NCBI GenBank assembly: GCA_003644505.1
Contig: QNCM01000002.1
Span: 4,414 to 68,413, forward strand
Source of the DNA: Candidatus Makaraimicrobium thalassicum
Lineage (GTDB): Bacteria; Omnitrophota; Gorgyraeia; Tantalellales; Tantalellaceae
Direction: 5' to 3'
Length of the DNA stretch: 64,000 nucleotides
Shown here: in pieces, positions 27,646-38,675 of the stretch
How positions within the stretch are numbered: the stretch's first letter is position 1
How the letters are laid out: the number at the start of each line of letters is the position of its first letter
Translations under genes and position numbers: made by a program
Notes under the pieces: generated by a model
Database searches by the model: none
What the model was told of the DNA's origin: nothing
The model's input: only the letters and a program-made list of their open reading frames with translations

Positions 27646-30360
27646 ATGATATCCGGGGAGATACGGAAAAGGTTTCTTGATTTTTTTAAGGATAGAGGAC
27701 ACACTGTCGTGCGAAGTGATCTTCTAGTCCCCAAAAGTGATCCGACATTGCTGTTCACGGGCGCCGGCATGAACCAGTTCAAGGAACAGTTCATGGGAAA
27801 GAACATTACCTTCAAACGGGCGGTCTCGTGTCAGAAGTGTCTGCGGACAGCCGACCTGGAGAATGTGGGCAGGACGCCGCAGCATCACACCTTTTTCGAG
27901 ATGCTGGGAAACTTTTCCTTTGGGGACTATTTCAAGAAAGAGGCCATTCAATGGGCCTGGGAGTTCATGACGAAAGAGATGGGGCTTCCCGAAGAACGGT
28001 TGTGGGTATCCGTTTATGAGGAGGACGAGGAATCATATTCTATCTGGCTTGACAGTATAAAAGTTCCCGCGGACAGGATCGTCAAACTCGGTCCGGATGA
28101 CAATTTCTGGCCGGCGAACGCTCCCGCAAAAGGCCCGAACGGCCCGTGCGGCCCGTGTTCCGAGATCTTTTATGACCGGGGCAGGGATACAGGGTGCGGG
28201 AGCCGCTCATGCGGGCCTTCATGCGACTGCGGCAGGTTCGTGGAAGTGTGGAATCTTGTGTTCACCGAATTCGAAAGGAAGGACGACGGCGCCCTGGAGC
28301 CGTTGCCGAACAGGAACATAGATACCGGCATGGGGCTGGAGCGTATCGCTTCGCTTCTGCAGGGGGTAAAGACGAATTTCCATACCGATATTTTCAGGCC
28401 GATCATCGAGCAGATAAAGAAGCTGCTGGGGGATGAGGCAAAGACAATGCCGGTTGAGGATTTTTACCTAATAGCCGATCATCTCCGGGCGGCGGCATTT
28501 GCCATAGGGGACGGGGTCTCGCCGTCCAATGAGAGACGGGGATATGTCGTGAGAAAACTCATCAGGAGAGCCTATTTGAAAGGCGGGTGCAAGGGGCCGT
28601 TCTTATATAATCTTGTCCCCGGGGTGACAGGCCTTACAAGAGAGGTTTATCCTGAAATAGAGGAGAAAAGGGAGCATATCAGCGCGATCATAGAAGAAGA
28701 AGAGAAGAGGTTCGGCGATACTCTGAGTGCGGCCGCGCCTGTCCTTGACAGCATGATATCCGGCAGTGCCGGAACGCTGGAGGGCGGACAGATATTTAAG
28801 ATGGTAGATACTTACGGGCTTCCTCTTGACGTGATCGCGCAGGAGGCGGGTAAAAAGGGGGTTTCTCTCGATGTTCAGGGGTTTGAGCATCTTATGGCGG
28901 AGAGAAGAGAGCAATCCCGCAAAGGCAGCGATATGTCCGGTGATTTTATTTTCCAGCCGGATCTCTTTGTCCGCGCTCCCAGGCCTTCCTATTCGGAAGA
29001 TCTGCCGTTGGAAGCGGGTCTGGAGTTCATCATTAAAAAGGATGAACTTTCGGATGAGATACGTGAAGGGGAATACGCGGAGATAATAATTTCTCCTCAG
29101 AGCAGCAGATTTTACGCTGAAGCCGGCGGTCAGGTCGGCGATGCGGGGAGTATCGCCAAAGAGGGCGGGTGGATGGATGTCATAAATACCTTTGAGGTCA
29201 GCGGCAGGAAGGTCTTTGGTGTCCGTGTAAAAAAAGGATGTTTTAGAAAAAATGACAGGGTCATCCTTAACCTTGACGAGGACAGGAAGGCCAGGACCGC
29301 GAGGAACCATACTGCCACGCATCTTCTGCAGGCCGCGCTTCGCCGTGTGCTGGGAGAACAGGTAAAACAGTCGGGCTCTTTTGTGGACGACAAAAGGTTA
29401 AGGTTCGATTTTACTCATATGAAAAAACTGTCGTCCAGGGAACTGGCGAAGGTTGAGGAAATGGTCAACGGCTGGATAGAAGAGGGCATTTCCGTAACCA
29501 GCCGCACAAAGACGCTGAAAGAGGCGGAGGAGGAAGGGGCCCTTTCCTTCTTCGGTGAAAAATACGGCGATACCGTTCGTGTCGTGGGCATAGGTGACCG
29601 GTCGAAAGAGCTTTGCGGCGGCACCCATGTGGACAACACGGCCGATATAGAGATAATAAAGATCATCAGTGAAAGCTCTGTGGCCAGCGGGATCAGGCGT
29701 ATAGAGGCACTGACCGGCGAGAATGCCGCGAACTGGATCAGGAAGACCGTGGCGGTTTTTCTGCATGAGTTCAGCGCGGCTTCTCACGGCACCAGTGATC
29801 TTGAGCTGGAAAAAGGCATAAAAAGTTATGCCGATGACATAACCAGCGGCAGGATCAAGATAGACAGGAACGTAATGCATGATTTTGAGGTAAGGATCAA
29901 ACCCGCGTTCCTGAAAGCGCGTGAACTGCTGAAAAGAACCGCGAAGAAACGTCAGAAGGATAAAGAAGCCGGCGTCTTTAACAGGGCGAAAGAGAAGATG
30001 GACGGGATCGCCGCTCATCCGGCCGTGTTCGGCGGGATAAATCTTGTTTCAGGTATCCTGGAAGGCCTGGAAATGCCGCTGCTCCGAAAAGCCGCGGGTT
30101 ATCTTGAAAAGAAAGTGGGGTCAGCCGTAATATTGCTGGGCAGCAGTAAGGGCGATAAGGCGTATCTGGTCTGTGCCGTGACATCCGATCTTACGGACAG
30201 AGGCATAGACGCAGGGGAGATCATAAAGGGTATAGCCGCAAGCATCGGCGGCAACGGCGGCGGAAGAGCGGCGTTCGCCCAGGCCGGAGGCGGGAAGCCG
30301 GATGGCCTGCCCTCCGCTGTGGAAGAGGCCGGACATCTCATCGGGCGGATAAGTGCGTGA
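27646..30360 (+). CDS. alaS: Alanine--tRNA ligase
   Basis: MISGEIRKRFLDFFKDRGHTVVRSDLLVPKSDPTLLFTGAGMNQFK and WNLVFTEFER are class II AlaRS catalytic motifs. Editing-domain HxxxH (HTATHLL) and the C-terminal DHHA1 block (GGGRAAFAQAGG) are present. Confidence 0.95.
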   Translation: MISGEIRKRFLDFFKDRGHTVVRSDLLVPKSDPTLLFTGAGMNQFKEQFMGKNITFKRAVSCQKCLRTADLENVGRTPQHHTFFEMLGNFSFGDYFKKEAIQWAWEFMTKEMGLPEERLWVSVYEEDEESYSIWLDSIKVPADRIVKLGPDDNFWPANAPAKGPNGPCGPCSEIFYDRGRDTGCGSRSCGPSCDCGRFVEVWNLVFTEFERKDDGALEPLPNRNIDTGMGLERIASLLQGVKTNFHTDIFRPIIEQIKKLLGDEAKTMPVEDFYLIADHLRAAAFAIGDGVSPSNERRGYVVRKLIRRAYLKGGCKGPFLYNLVPGVTGLTREVYPEIEEKREHISAIIEEEEKRFGDTLSAAAPVLDSMISGSAGTLEGGQIFKMVDTYGLPLDVIAQEAGKKGVSLDVQGFEHLMAERREQSRKGSDMSGDFIFQPDLFVRAPRPSYSEDLPLEAGLEFIIKKDELSDEIREGEYAEIIISPQSSRFYAEAGGQVGDAGSIAKEGGWMDVINTFEVSGRKVFGVRVKKGCFRKNDRVILNLDEDRKARTARNHTATHLLQAALRRVLGEQVKQSGSFVDDKRLRFDFTHMKKLSSRELAKVEEMVNGWIEEGISVTSRTKTLKEAEEEGALSFFGEKYGDTVRVVGIGDRSKELCGGTHVDNTADIEIIKIISESSVASGIRRIEALTGENAANWIRKTVAVFLHEFSAASHGTSDLELEKGIKSYADDITSGRIKIDRNVMHDFEVRIKPAFLKARELLKRTAKKRQKDKEAGVFNRAKEKMDGIAAHPAVFGGINLVSGILEGLEMPLLRKAAGYLEKKVGSAVILLGSSKGDKAYLVCAVTSDLTDRGIDAGEIIKGIAASIGGNGGGRAAFAQAGGGKPDGLPSAVEEAGHLIGRISA

Positions 30361-30383
30361 TCAACAGAAGATAAGGGGTTGTT

Positions 30384-31607
30384 ATGCGAAGCGTCAAAGT
30401 GGGCAGTAAGGTGTTCGGCAATCTGGTCAACAGGGGTGGCTGTGGAAGGGTACGCCTCCAGAAAAAAGTCAGCAGCATAATCGAGAAGGTGCGCAGTGAA
30501 GGGGACAGCGCCCTGATCAGATATACGACTAAATTCGACAAGATAAACATGAAGAAAAAGGACCTCCGCGTTACCGAGGCGGAGATCAGCGGCGCTTATC
30601 AGGATATAAAACCCGAGATTATCAATACGCTGAAAGAGATCATAGGGAACATAAACAAGTTTTATACGAACCAGGTCCCTAAGTCCTGGTCGATCCGGCA
30701 GGAATCCGGTATCGAACTTGGAGAGAAATTCGCGCCTATCGAGAAGGTCGGAGTATATGTCCCCAGCGGGACGGTCCCTCTGGTATCAAGTGTTTATATG
30801 ACTGTCCTGCCCGCGAGGATCGCCGGCGTGAAAAAGATCGTTATGATGTCCCCTCCGAACAGATATAAGAGCATCGACCCTCATATCCTCGTGGTGGCGA
30901 ACCTTTTCAAGGTCGATGAGATATACAAAGTCGGGGGGGCACAGGCGGTCGCGGCCATGGCGTTCGGCACGAAGAGCATACCGAAAGTGGACAAGATCGT
31001 CGGGCCGGGTAACGAGTATGTTACCGAGGCAAAACGCCAGGTCTTCGGGTATTGCGATATAGACATGCTTGCCGGGCCGAGCGAGGTGCTGATAATAGCC
31101 AACCATTACGCGAACATCGATTATCTCAGGAAGGACCTTATGTCCCAGGCAGAGCACCATAAGGGGTTATCCATTCTTGTTACACCGTCGAAGAAGGTGT
31201 TTAACGCCCTGTATAAGGATCCGGACATAAAGGGATACCTTATCAAGGTCAAGAACCTTGAGGAGGCGGCGGAAGTAAGTAATATGATCGCGCCGGAACA
31301 CCTGCAGCTTATGGTGAAATCCCCGAAAAGGGTATTGAAGAATATCACTAACGCAGGGGCTATTTTCCTCGGGCAGTATACGCCTGTGGCCATAGGGGAC
31401 TACATCGCCGGCCCCAGCCATGTCCTGCCGACCGGCGGGACAGCGCGGTATTCGTCCGGGCTGAACCTGAGAAGTTTCATCAAGAGCTCGCATATTATTT
31501 CTTATTCCCGCAGGGCTCTTTGCGGGTCAGCCGGCTGGGTGCGGGGGCTCACGGAGCTGGAAAATCTGGAAAAACACTGGGAATCGCTCAGTGTGAGGTG
31601 TGAGTGA
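30384..31607 (+). CDS. hisD: Histidinol dehydrogenase
   Basis: [50 protein letters not shown] and QAEHH are all conserved HisD motifs. Confidence 0.9.
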   Translation: MRSVKVGSKVFGNLVNRGGCGRVRLQKKVSSIIEKVRSEGDSALIRYTTKFDKINMKKKDLRVTEAEISGAYQDIKPEIINTLKEIIGNINKFYTNQVPKSWSIRQESGIELGEKFAPIEKVGVYVPSGTVPLVSSVYMTVLPARIAGVKKIVMMSPPNRYKSIDPHILVVANLFKVDEIYKVGGAQAVAAMAFGTKSIPKVDKIVGPGNEYVTEAKRQVFGYCDIDMLAGPSEVLIIANHYANIDYLRKDLMSQAEHHKGLSILVTPSKKVFNALYKDPDIKGYLIKVKNLEEAAEVSNMIAPEHLQLMVKSPKRVLKNITNAGAIFLGQYTPVAIGDYIAGPSHVLPTGGTARYSSGLNLRSFIKSSHIISYSRRALCGSAGWVRGLTELENLEKHWESLSVRCE

Positions 31608-32253
31608 GAACGGAGGGCTAATGAACCTATTCAGAAGAACAAAGAATAAAGAGAGGGTTACCGCATACGAAAGAAGGTCCAAAGAGACGCAGATCGAAAT
31701 ACCGCTGCTGAATATTGACGGTTCGGGGAAAAGTGAAATATCCACGTCAATAGGTTTTCTCGACCACATGCTTACGCTACTGGCGTATCACGGTTATTTT
31801 GACCTGAAGATCAAGGCCAGCGGCGACACACAGGTGGACAACCATCATCTCAACGAAGACATAGGGATAGCTCTCGGCGAAGCTTTCAAAAAAGCCCTTG
31901 GCGATTGCAAAGGCATAGCAAGAACAGCTTCAGCGGAAGTGTCCATGGATATGGCAAGCGCGAAGGTCCTGGTGGATCTGTCCAACCGGGCCGCGTTTAA
32001 GTTTAAACTGGCAGGGATTCTAGAGGTGTCAATATCGGACACGGAGGGATATTCGGTCGATCTCGGCAAAGATCTACTGGAGAGTTTCGCGAAAAAGCTT
32101 TGCATGAACCTCCATATAGAAATAGCGGGGGAGGGAGACATGCATCACTATCTTGAGGCGGCCTTCAAGGCCCTGGGCATAGCCCTGGATAAAGCTACCC
32201 GTATCGATCCCCGCAGGGCCGGTGAGGTCCCGTCGAGCAAGGGAATACTTTAG
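31600..32253 (+). CDS. hisB: Imidazoleglycerol-phosphate dehydratase
   Basis: RRSKETQIEIPLLNIDGSGKSEISTSIGFLDHMLTLLAYHGYFDLKIKASGDTQVDNHHLNEDIGIALGEAF is the IGPD signature. It overlaps the hisD stop. The start may be Met at 31621. Confidence 0.9.
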   Translation: MSENGGLMNLFRRTKNKERVTAYERRSKETQIEIPLLNIDGSGKSEISTSIGFLDHMLTLLAYHGYFDLKIKASGDTQVDNHHLNEDIGIALGEAFKKALGDCKGIARTASAEVSMDMASAKVLVDLSNRAAFKFKLAGILEVSISDTEGYSVDLGKDLLESFAKKLCMNLHIEIAGEGDMHHYLEAAFKALGIALDKATRIDPRRAGEVPSSKGIL

Positions 32254-32273
32254 TGAATAGTGAAAGGTGAATA

Positions 32274-32882
32274 GTGATTGGAATTATTGATTACGGTTCC
32301 GGGAATCTGCGGAGCGTTGTTAGCGCTTTCCGCTATCTCAAACAGGATGTTGAGGTGTGTGAAGACCCCCGCGCCCTGGCGCGCGCCCGCAGGATCGTGC
32401 TTCCCGGAGTCGGGTCGTCGGCGGGCGCGATGAAAGGGCTCCGCCAGAGAGGTCTTGTAGAGCCGTTGCTGGAACATATAAGCAGCGGCAGGCCTTTTCT
32501 GGGGATATGCCTCGGGCTTCAGCTTCTCTTTACCCGGAGCTCCGAGGGCGGCGGATGCGATTGCCTGGATGTGGTCCGCGGGGAAGTGAAACTCTTTCCC
32601 GGCGATGCGGGGTTGAAGGTCCCGCAGATAGGATGGAACACGGTCAAGATCAGCGGCAAAAACTGCCCCATTTTTGAAGGCATAGAAGACGAGACTTACT
32701 TTTACTTTGTGCATTCGTATTATTGTGATAACGGTGAACCGGAATGTACCGCCGGCGTGACGGAATACGGCGTTCTATATACTTCCGTGTTGTGGCGGGC
32801 TAATGTTTTCGCCGTGCAGTTTCACCCGGAAAGGTCGCAGTCCAGCGGCCTGAAAATGCTGGAGAATTTTACGCGGTTATGA
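32274..32882 (+). CDS. hisH: Imidazole glycerol phosphate synthase glutaminase subunit
   Basis: MIGIIDYGSGNLRSV, GICLGLQLLF (catalytic Cys) and FAVQFHPERS (His/Glu) are present. Confidence 0.9.
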   Translation: MIGIIDYGSGNLRSVVSAFRYLKQDVEVCEDPRALARARRIVLPGVGSSAGAMKGLRQRGLVEPLLEHISSGRPFLGICLGLQLLFTRSSEGGGCDCLDVVRGEVKLFPGDAGLKVPQIGWNTVKISGKNCPIFEGIEDETYFYFVHSYYCDNGEPECTAGVTEYGVLYTSVLWRANVFAVQFHPERSQSSGLKMLENFTRL

Positions 32883-33619
32883 AAGTTATTCCTGCGATAG
32901 ACTTGATGGATGAAAAGACCGTAAGGCTGGAACAGGGGCAGTATGAGCGCAGGTTGAGTTATGAGATCGGCCCGGTTGATGCCGCGCGCAGGTGGGAGGC
33001 CATGGGGGCCGAGATGATCCATATCGTGGATCTGGACGGAGCAAGGCAGGGCCGGCCCGTCAACCTTCCGGTCGTCGGGAAGATCGCAGGGACGGTCAGT
33101 ATTCCCGTTGAGGCGGGCGGCGGTTTTCGGACGGAAGAGGATATACAAAAGGCGCTTGATAGCGGAGTATGGAGAGTGGTTGTGGGGTCCAGGGCTCTTG
33201 AAGATCTTGCCTTTGCCCGGAAATGCATGGAAAATTTCGGCGAGCGGATGATAATAAGCATAGACGTAAAGGACCATGTCCCCAGTGTCCAGGGGTGGAA
33301 GAAGACCGTTAACGTGGATCTATTCACGGTTCTGGAATGGTTTTCCGGTTTTGGGGCCGGTGAGATAATTTATACGGACATAAAAAAGGACGGGACGCTC
33401 TCCGGGCCTGATATCGACAACCTCGAGCGGATATTAAGCAGAATAAAAATGAGCATGATATCCGCCGGCGGGGTCAGGACACTGGATCATATAAAACAGT
33501 TGAAGACACTGGAATCGCAGGGCCTGACCGGGGTCATAGTCGGCCGGGCCCTTTATGAAGGAACACTGGACCTGAAGGAGGCCATCGATGCTGGCAAAGC
33601 GGATAATCCCGTGTCTTGA
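32879..33619 (+). CDS. hisA: Phosphoribosylformimino-5-aminoimidazole carboxamide ribotide isomerase
   Basis: [29 protein letters not shown] and [16 protein letters not shown] mark a (beta/alpha)8 HisA protein. Confidence 0.9.
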   Translation: MKVIPAIDLMDEKTVRLEQGQYERRLSYEIGPVDAARRWEAMGAEMIHIVDLDGARQGRPVNLPVVGKIAGTVSIPVEAGGGFRTEEDIQKALDSGVWRVVVGSRALEDLAFARKCMENFGERMIISIDVKDHVPSVQGWKKTVNVDLFTVLEWFSGFGAGEIIYTDIKKDGTLSGPDIDNLERILSRIKMSMISAGGVRTLDHIKQLKTLESQGLTGVIVGRALYEGTLDLKEAIDAGKADNPVS

Positions 33620-34343
33620 CGTAAAAGACGGACGTGTAGTAAAGGGTGTGAATTTCGTGGACCTGCGAGACGCCGGAGATCCGGTAGAAAATGCCGGGAT
33701 CTACAACGATGAAGGCGCTGATGAGCTTGTATTCCTGGATATAACCGCCAGCCACGAAAAACGGAAGACAATGGTAGACGTTGTCCGGCGTGTCGCGGAA
33801 CAGGTGTTTATGCCGTTTACTGTCGGCGGAGGGATCTCCACTAATGAGGATATACGCGGGCTTTTGAACGCAGGATGCGATAAGGTGTCGATAAATACCG
33901 CGGCTGTTGAGAATCCGGATTTCGTCAAAGAAGCCGGTGAAAAGTTCGGTTCGCAGTGTATTGTCGTTGCGATCGACGCGAAGCGGAGGACGAACGGGTC
34001 ATGGGAGGTTTACGTGAAAGGCGGCCGTGTTGCGACCGGGATCGACGCCCTGGAATGGGCCCGTAAGGCGGAAAGACTGGGGGCCGGGGAGATACTGCTG
34101 ACAAGTATGGACCGCGACGGCACGAAAGACGGATATGACGTGGAATTGACGCGGGTAGTAAGCGAGGCGGTGCGTATACCCGTAATAGCCTCCGGGGGAT
34201 GCGGAAATCTGGACCATTTTGTGGAGGTTCTCACGAAAGGCAAGGCGGATGCGGCTTTAGCCGCCTCTGTCTTTCATTTTAAGGAATTTTCGATATCACA
34301 AGTTAAAGAGTATTTGCGGGAACGCGGAGTGCCGGTCAGATAA
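33588..34343 (+). CDS. hisF: Imidazole glycerol phosphate synthase cyclase subunit
   Basis: [55 protein letters not shown] and VIASGGCG are present. Confidence 0.95.
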   Translation: MLAKRIIPCLDVKDGRVVKGVNFVDLRDAGDPVENAGIYNDEGADELVFLDITASHEKRKTMVDVVRRVAEQVFMPFTVGGGISTNEDIRGLLNAGCDKVSINTAAVENPDFVKEAGEKFGSQCIVVAIDAKRRTNGSWEVYVKGGRVATGIDALEWARKAERLGAGEILLTSMDRDGTKDGYDVELTRVVSEAVRIPVIASGGCGNLDHFVEVLTKGKADAALAASVFHFKEFSISQVKEYLRERGVPVR

Positions 34344-34757
34344 ATGACAAAATTCAAATGGCAAAAGGAAATGTATATGGAATTTATCAAGAAACTTAAT
34401 TTTGACGAAAATGGACTGATCCCGGCGGTCATACAGGACGAAAGATCATCCCGGGTCCTGACGTTGTGCTATATGAATAAAGAAGCGCTTGAAAAGACCT
34501 TGAAGGAGAAGCAGATCTACGTTTTTCGCCGGTCAAAAGGGCGCATAATGCTTAAGGGCGAGACTTCCGGATGCGTGCAGTCCGTGCGGCAGATGTTCGT
34601 TGACTGCGGGGATAATTCCCTTCTTTTCAAGGTGGGACAGACCCGCGCTGCCTGCCATAAAGGGTATTTCAGCTGTTATTTCAGGAGAGTGAACAAAAGA
34701 GGCGAGATAGTAGTTGAGGAAGATCGGATATTTGATCCCGGGGAAGTGTACAAATAG
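34344..34757 (+). CDS. hisI: Phosphoribosyl-AMP cyclohydrolase (monofunctional HisI)
   Basis: LIPAVIQDERSSRVLTLCYMNKEALEKTLKEKQIYVFRRSKGRIMLKGETSGCVQSV...DCGDNSLLFKV...CH.GYFSCYF is present. No HisE (pyrophosphohydrolase) part is attached. The start is probably Met at 34377. Confidence 0.85.
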   Translation: MTKFKWQKEMYMEFIKKLNFDENGLIPAVIQDERSSRVLTLCYMNKEALEKTLKEKQIYVFRRSKGRIMLKGETSGCVQSVRQMFVDCGDNSLLFKVGQTRAACHKGYFSCYFRRVNKRGEIVVEEDRIFDPGEVYK

Positions 34758-34766
34758 GGGCGAGAT

Positions 34767-36242
34767 ATGTATTATCCAGGCAAACAAAAATTTATGGAAC
34801 TGGCTGAAAAGGGCAATGTCATACCCGTTTATCGGGAGATACTGGCGGATTTCAGCACGCCTTTATCCGCTTTTTTAAAGATCGACAAAGGGGAGTTTTC
34901 CTATCTGCTTGAATCCGCCGAAGGCGGGGAACATATGGGCAGGTATTCTTTCCTGGGGAGTGATCCGTCGCTTATCCTCGAAAGTAGAGGTAAAGTCGTC
35001 AGCGTAAAGCGGGGCGACGAGGTCGAAACATATACGGTCAGGGAAGATCCCATCAGCGAAATAAAATCGATCATGGATAAGTTCCGGTTCGTCAAGGTGG
35101 ACGGCCTGCCCAGGTTTTGCGGTGGACTGGTGGGGTACATAGGTTATGACATGGTCCGTTTTATTGAGAACATACCTGATGAGAATGTCGAGGATTTCGA
35201 TATCCCGGATATGCAGCTCGTTCTTACGGATACCATCCTTATCTTCGACCACGTGGACCATAAGATAAAGGTGGTCTCAAACGCCATGATCAGCGGCGAT
35301 GCCGGAGAGGCCTATGACACCGCCTGCGGAAAGATAGACAGGATCATAGGAAGGCTTAAAACCGGCGCGCCAAGGTCAGAAAAGATAGAGGCCAGACCGG
35401 CCCCGGCGAAAGCGGAGTCGAATTTTTCGGAAGAAGAATTTTGCGGGATCGTTGACCGGGCCAAAGAATATATACGCGCCGGCGAGGTGATCCAGATTGT
35501 ACTTTCTCAAAGGCTGAAAAGGCGCACGGGAATGGATGCGTTTTCGATATACAGGGCGCTCAGGTCGATAAATCCTTCACCTTACATGTATTATCTTCAA
35601 TTCGGCGAATACAGGATAGTAGGTTCATCGCCCGAGATCCTGGTGAGATGTGATGAGGAGCTGGTTGAAGTCAGGCCCATAGCCGGGACCCGCAAACGGG
35701 GGGAGGACGAAGAAGAGGACCTGCGGATGGAAAAGGAGCTTCTGGCAGACCCCAAAGAAAGGGCCGAGCATATTATGCTTGTCGATCTGGGGCGCAACGA
35801 TATCGGCCGGGTATGCGATTATGCCACTGTTAAGGCGCGGGAGATAATGCGGATCGAGAAGTATTCGCACGTGATGCATATAGTCAGCGATGTCGTGGGC
35901 AGACTCAGGAAAGATAAGGATATATATGATCTCATGAGAGCTACATTCCCCGCGGGCACTGTGACCGGTGCGCCGAAAGTCAGGGCTATGGAGCTTATCG
36001 ATGAACTGGAGAATATAAGGCGCGGACCATATGCGGGTTGTGTGGGGTATATAAGTTTTTCAGGGAACATAGATATGTGTATCACTATCAGGACGATCGT
36101 GATGAGCGGGGATACCGCCTATATCCAGGCCGGCGCGGGTATTGTCCTGGATTCGGAACCGGCAAGGGAGTACCAGGAGACCATGAACAAGGCCATGGCC
36201 ATGATCAAGGCTATTGAGTTCGCTGAGAGAGGGCTGGAATGA
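34767..36242 (+). CDS. trpE: Anthranilate synthase component I
   Basis: LLESAEGGEHMGRYSFLG, IAGTRKRG, RGPYAGCVGYISFSGNIDMCITIRT and GAGIVLDSEPAREYQET are present. It starts 9 nt after the hisI stop. Confidence 0.9.
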   Translation: MYYPGKQKFMELAEKGNVIPVYREILADFSTPLSAFLKIDKGEFSYLLESAEGGEHMGRYSFLGSDPSLILESRGKVVSVKRGDEVETYTVREDPISEIKSIMDKFRFVKVDGLPRFCGGLVGYIGYDMVRFIENIPDENVEDFDIPDMQLVLTDTILIFDHVDHKIKVVSNAMISGDAGEAYDTACGKIDRIIGRLKTGAPRSEKIEARPAPAKAESNFSEEEFCGIVDRAKEYIRAGEVIQIVLSQRLKRRTGMDAFSIYRALRSINPSPYMYYLQFGEYRIVGSSPEILVRCDEELVEVRPIAGTRKRGEDEEEDLRMEKELLADPKERAEHIMLVDLGRNDIGRVCDYATVKAREIMRIEKYSHVMHIVSDVVGRLRKDKDIYDLMRATFPAGTVTGAPKVRAMELIDELENIRRGPYAGCVGYISFSGNIDMCITIRTIVMSGDTAYIQAGAGIVLDSEPAREYQETMNKAMAMIKAIEFAERGLE

Positions 36243-36802
36243 CTTTTGTTATAGACAATTATGATTCGTTCACATATAATCTCGTCCAATATTTAGGGGA
36301 GCTCGGGGAAGAGGTGGTCGTCTGCCGTAATGATAAGATTACGCCGGAGGGAATAGAATCTCTTTCTCCCGAAAGGATAATTATCTCGCCGGGACCGGGC
36401 CGGCCGGCCGATGCGGGAATATCGAAAAGTGTGATCCGGAAGTTCCGCGACAGGGTCCCAATACTTGGCGTATGCCTGGGGCACCAGTGTATAGCTGAGG
36501 TTTACAACGCCAGAGTCGTGGGGAGCAGCCGCATAATGCACGGAAAGGTGAGCCCTATCCATCATAACGGAGAAGGCATCTTCAAGGGTATACCTTCTCC
36601 GTTTACAGCCACGCGGTACCATTCCCTGATCGTCGAGCCGGGCAGTCTTAAACATCCCTTGAAGCTGACCGCCTGGACGGAAGAGAAAGAGGTTATGGGG
36701 ATCTGTCACGTGGATAAGCCGATATGGGGTGTTCAGTTCCATCCGGAATCCATACTGACAACGGAGGGAATGAATATTCTCAGGAACTTTATAAACAGTT
36801 AA
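36239..36802 (+). CDS. trpG: Anthranilate synthase component II (glutamine amidotransferase)
   Basis: MTFVIDNYDSFTYNLVQY, ILGVCLGHQCI and GVQFHPES are present. It overlaps trpE in an ATGA arrangement. Confidence 0.9.
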   Translation: MTFVIDNYDSFTYNLVQYLGELGEEVVVCRNDKITPEGIESLSPERIIISPGPGRPADAGISKSVIRKFRDRVPILGVCLGHQCIAEVYNARVVGSSRIMHGKVSPIHHNGEGIFKGIPSPFTATRYHSLIVEPGSLKHPLKLTAWTEEKEVMGICHVDKPIWGVQFHPESILTTEGMNILRNFINS

Positions 36803-36806
36803 ATTT

Positions 36807-36846
36807 CCGATCCCGCACCGGGAAGCGGTTCCTTTTGCGGGATCGA
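36807..36846. repeat. Hairpin / palindromic element between trpG and trpD
   Basis: CGATCCCGCA (36808-36817) and TGCGGGATCG (36836-36845) form a 10-bp stem with an 18-nt loop. No U-tract follows. The core is the same as the arms of the thpR terminator. Confidence 0.6.
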
Positions 36847-36852
36847 AAGTAA

Positions 36853-37896
36853 ATGAAAAGCAGAAAGAGTAACATGGACATTAAAAAGGCGATCGAGAAA
36901 GTTGTCTGTTTCAGGGGCCTGACGGAAAAAGAGACACATTCGGTCTTTAGCGGGATTATGAGCGGCAGGGCCACCGCGTCCCAGATCAGCGCGTTCATAA
37001 CAGCACTCCGCATGAAGGGCGAAACAGTAGATGAGATAACCGGTGCGGCAAGGGTGATGAGGGAAAAAGCCGTCAGGATAAAAACCAGCGCCAGGACGGT
37101 CCTTGATACATGCGGGACCGGCGGGACAGGGACGGGCGCTTTTAACATTTCCACTGCCGTTGCCTTTGTCCTTGCGGGATGCGGAGTGAAAGTCGCCAAA
37201 CATGGGAACAGGACGGCATCCAGCAGGTGCGGCAGCGCGGATGTTCTGGAAGAGCTGGGAGTGAAACTTGATGTGCCTGTCCAGGTGACGGAGAGATGCA
37301 TCAGGACCATCAATATAGGTTTCCTGTTCGCTCCGGTCTTCCACAGCGCCATGCGCTATGCCGTTACCCCGCGGAAGGAAATAGGACTGCGGACGATATT
37401 CAACATTCTGGGGCCTCTGTCCAACCCGGCTTCGGCCACATGTCAGGTCCTGGGGGTATATGAGGGAGGCCTGACCGTGACGATGGCGAAGGTCCTCAGG
37501 AAGCTGGGGACAAAACGGGCCTATGTCGTGCATGGCAGGGATACACTTGATGAGGTTACCATAACCGATAGAACGATGATCGCTGAATTAAGGAACGGAA
37601 GGATAAAGTCTTATTCCGTGAGCCCGGGGACCTTCGGGTTTAAAAAAGCGGCCCTTAAGGATATCAAAGGCGGATCAGCAAAAAAGAACGCGGAAATAAT
37701 CCGGAACGTTTTGTCGGGGCAAAAGGGGCCCAGGCGGGATATAGTCCTGATGAATTCCAGTGTGGCGCTCATGGCCGCGGGAAAGGTAAAGGATCTTAAA
37801 AAGGGAGTCCGGTTCGCCGCGGCGGCTGTTGATTCCGGGGAAGCGCTGGAGAGACTGGAGGAGTTGATCAGGGTCACGAACGAAGGAGTTTCATGA
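36853..37896 (+). CDS. trpD: Anthranilate phosphoribosyltransferase
   Basis: LDTCGTGGTGTGAFNISTAVAFVLAGCGVKVAKHGNR, NILGPLSNP and VVHGRDTLDE are present. Confidence 0.9.
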   Translation: MKSRKSNMDIKKAIEKVVCFRGLTEKETHSVFSGIMSGRATASQISAFITALRMKGETVDEITGAARVMREKAVRIKTSARTVLDTCGTGGTGTGAFNISTAVAFVLAGCGVKVAKHGNRTASSRCGSADVLEELGVKLDVPVQVTERCIRTINIGFLFAPVFHSAMRYAVTPRKEIGLRTIFNILGPLSNPASATCQVLGVYEGGLTVTMAKVLRKLGTKRAYVVHGRDTLDEVTITDRTMIAELRNGRIKSYSVSPGTFGFKKAALKDIKGGSAKKNAEIIRNVLSGQKGPRRDIVLMNSSVALMAAGKVKDLKKGVRFAAAAVDSGEALERLEELIRVTNEGVS

Positions 37897-38669
37897 TATT
37901 ACCCAAGATCATAGAGGAAAAAAAACGCGAAGTCGACAGGGCACAAAAAAGTTTTTTTTTGAACGATCTTAAAAAAGAAGCGGAATCCATGTACATCCGG
38001 AGCATGTTCAAGAAGAACATATCCCGGAAGGGTCATATTAACCTCATAGCGGAGATAAAAAAAAGTTCTCCTTTGCGGGGTATGCTGCGCGCTGATTTTG
38101 AGCCCGTTAAGATCGCGCTTACCTATCAGGTAGCCGGCGCCAGCGCCATCAGTATCCTGACCGATGAGCGTTTTTTTGACGGAAAAATGGAATACCTTAA
38201 AATAGTGAAGGAGAGGGTAACTATACCGATTCTCCGGAAAGATTTTATCATAGACGAGTATCAGATATATGAATCCGCGGTAAGAGGCGCGGACGCAATC
38301 CTTCTGATTTCGCATATTCTTACGCAGGAAGAACTGAACCGGTATCTGGGCATCGCCAAAGGACTGGGCATGGATGTGCTTGTCGAAGTGCACAATGAAG
38401 AGGAAGTCGAAAAAGCCCTGAAAAGCCACGCATCGATGATAGGGATAAACAACCGGGATCTTATGGATTTCGGGGTCGATATCGCCGTCACGCAGAGGCT
38501 GATCCGCCTTATTCCCGAGAACAAGGTGATTGTTTCCGAAAGCGGCATAGAGAGTTATGAACAGGTGATGTTCCTGAAAAGCCTCGGGGTTAACGCCGTT
38601 TTGATCGGGGAAGCTTTTATGCGTGCCGGGAATATAGGGGAAAAGGTCAGAGAGTTGATGAAGGAATAG
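37893..38669 (+). CDS. trpC: Indole-3-glycerol phosphate synthase
   Basis: LIAEIKKSSP, ILRKDFIIDEYQIYE, LLIS, IGINNRDL and VSESGI are present. Confidence 0.9.
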   Translation: MILPKIIEEKKREVDRAQKSFFLNDLKKEAESMYIRSMFKKNISRKGHINLIAEIKKSSPLRGMLRADFEPVKIALTYQVAGASAISILTDERFFDGKMEYLKIVKERVTIPILRKDFIIDEYQIYESAVRGADAILLISHILTQEELNRYLGIAKGLGMDVLVEVHNEEEVEKALKSHASMIGINNRDLMDFGVDIAVTQRLIRLIPENKVIVSESGIESYEQVMFLKSLGVNAVLIGEAFMRAGNIGEKVRELMKE

Positions 38670-38675
38670 GAATAA

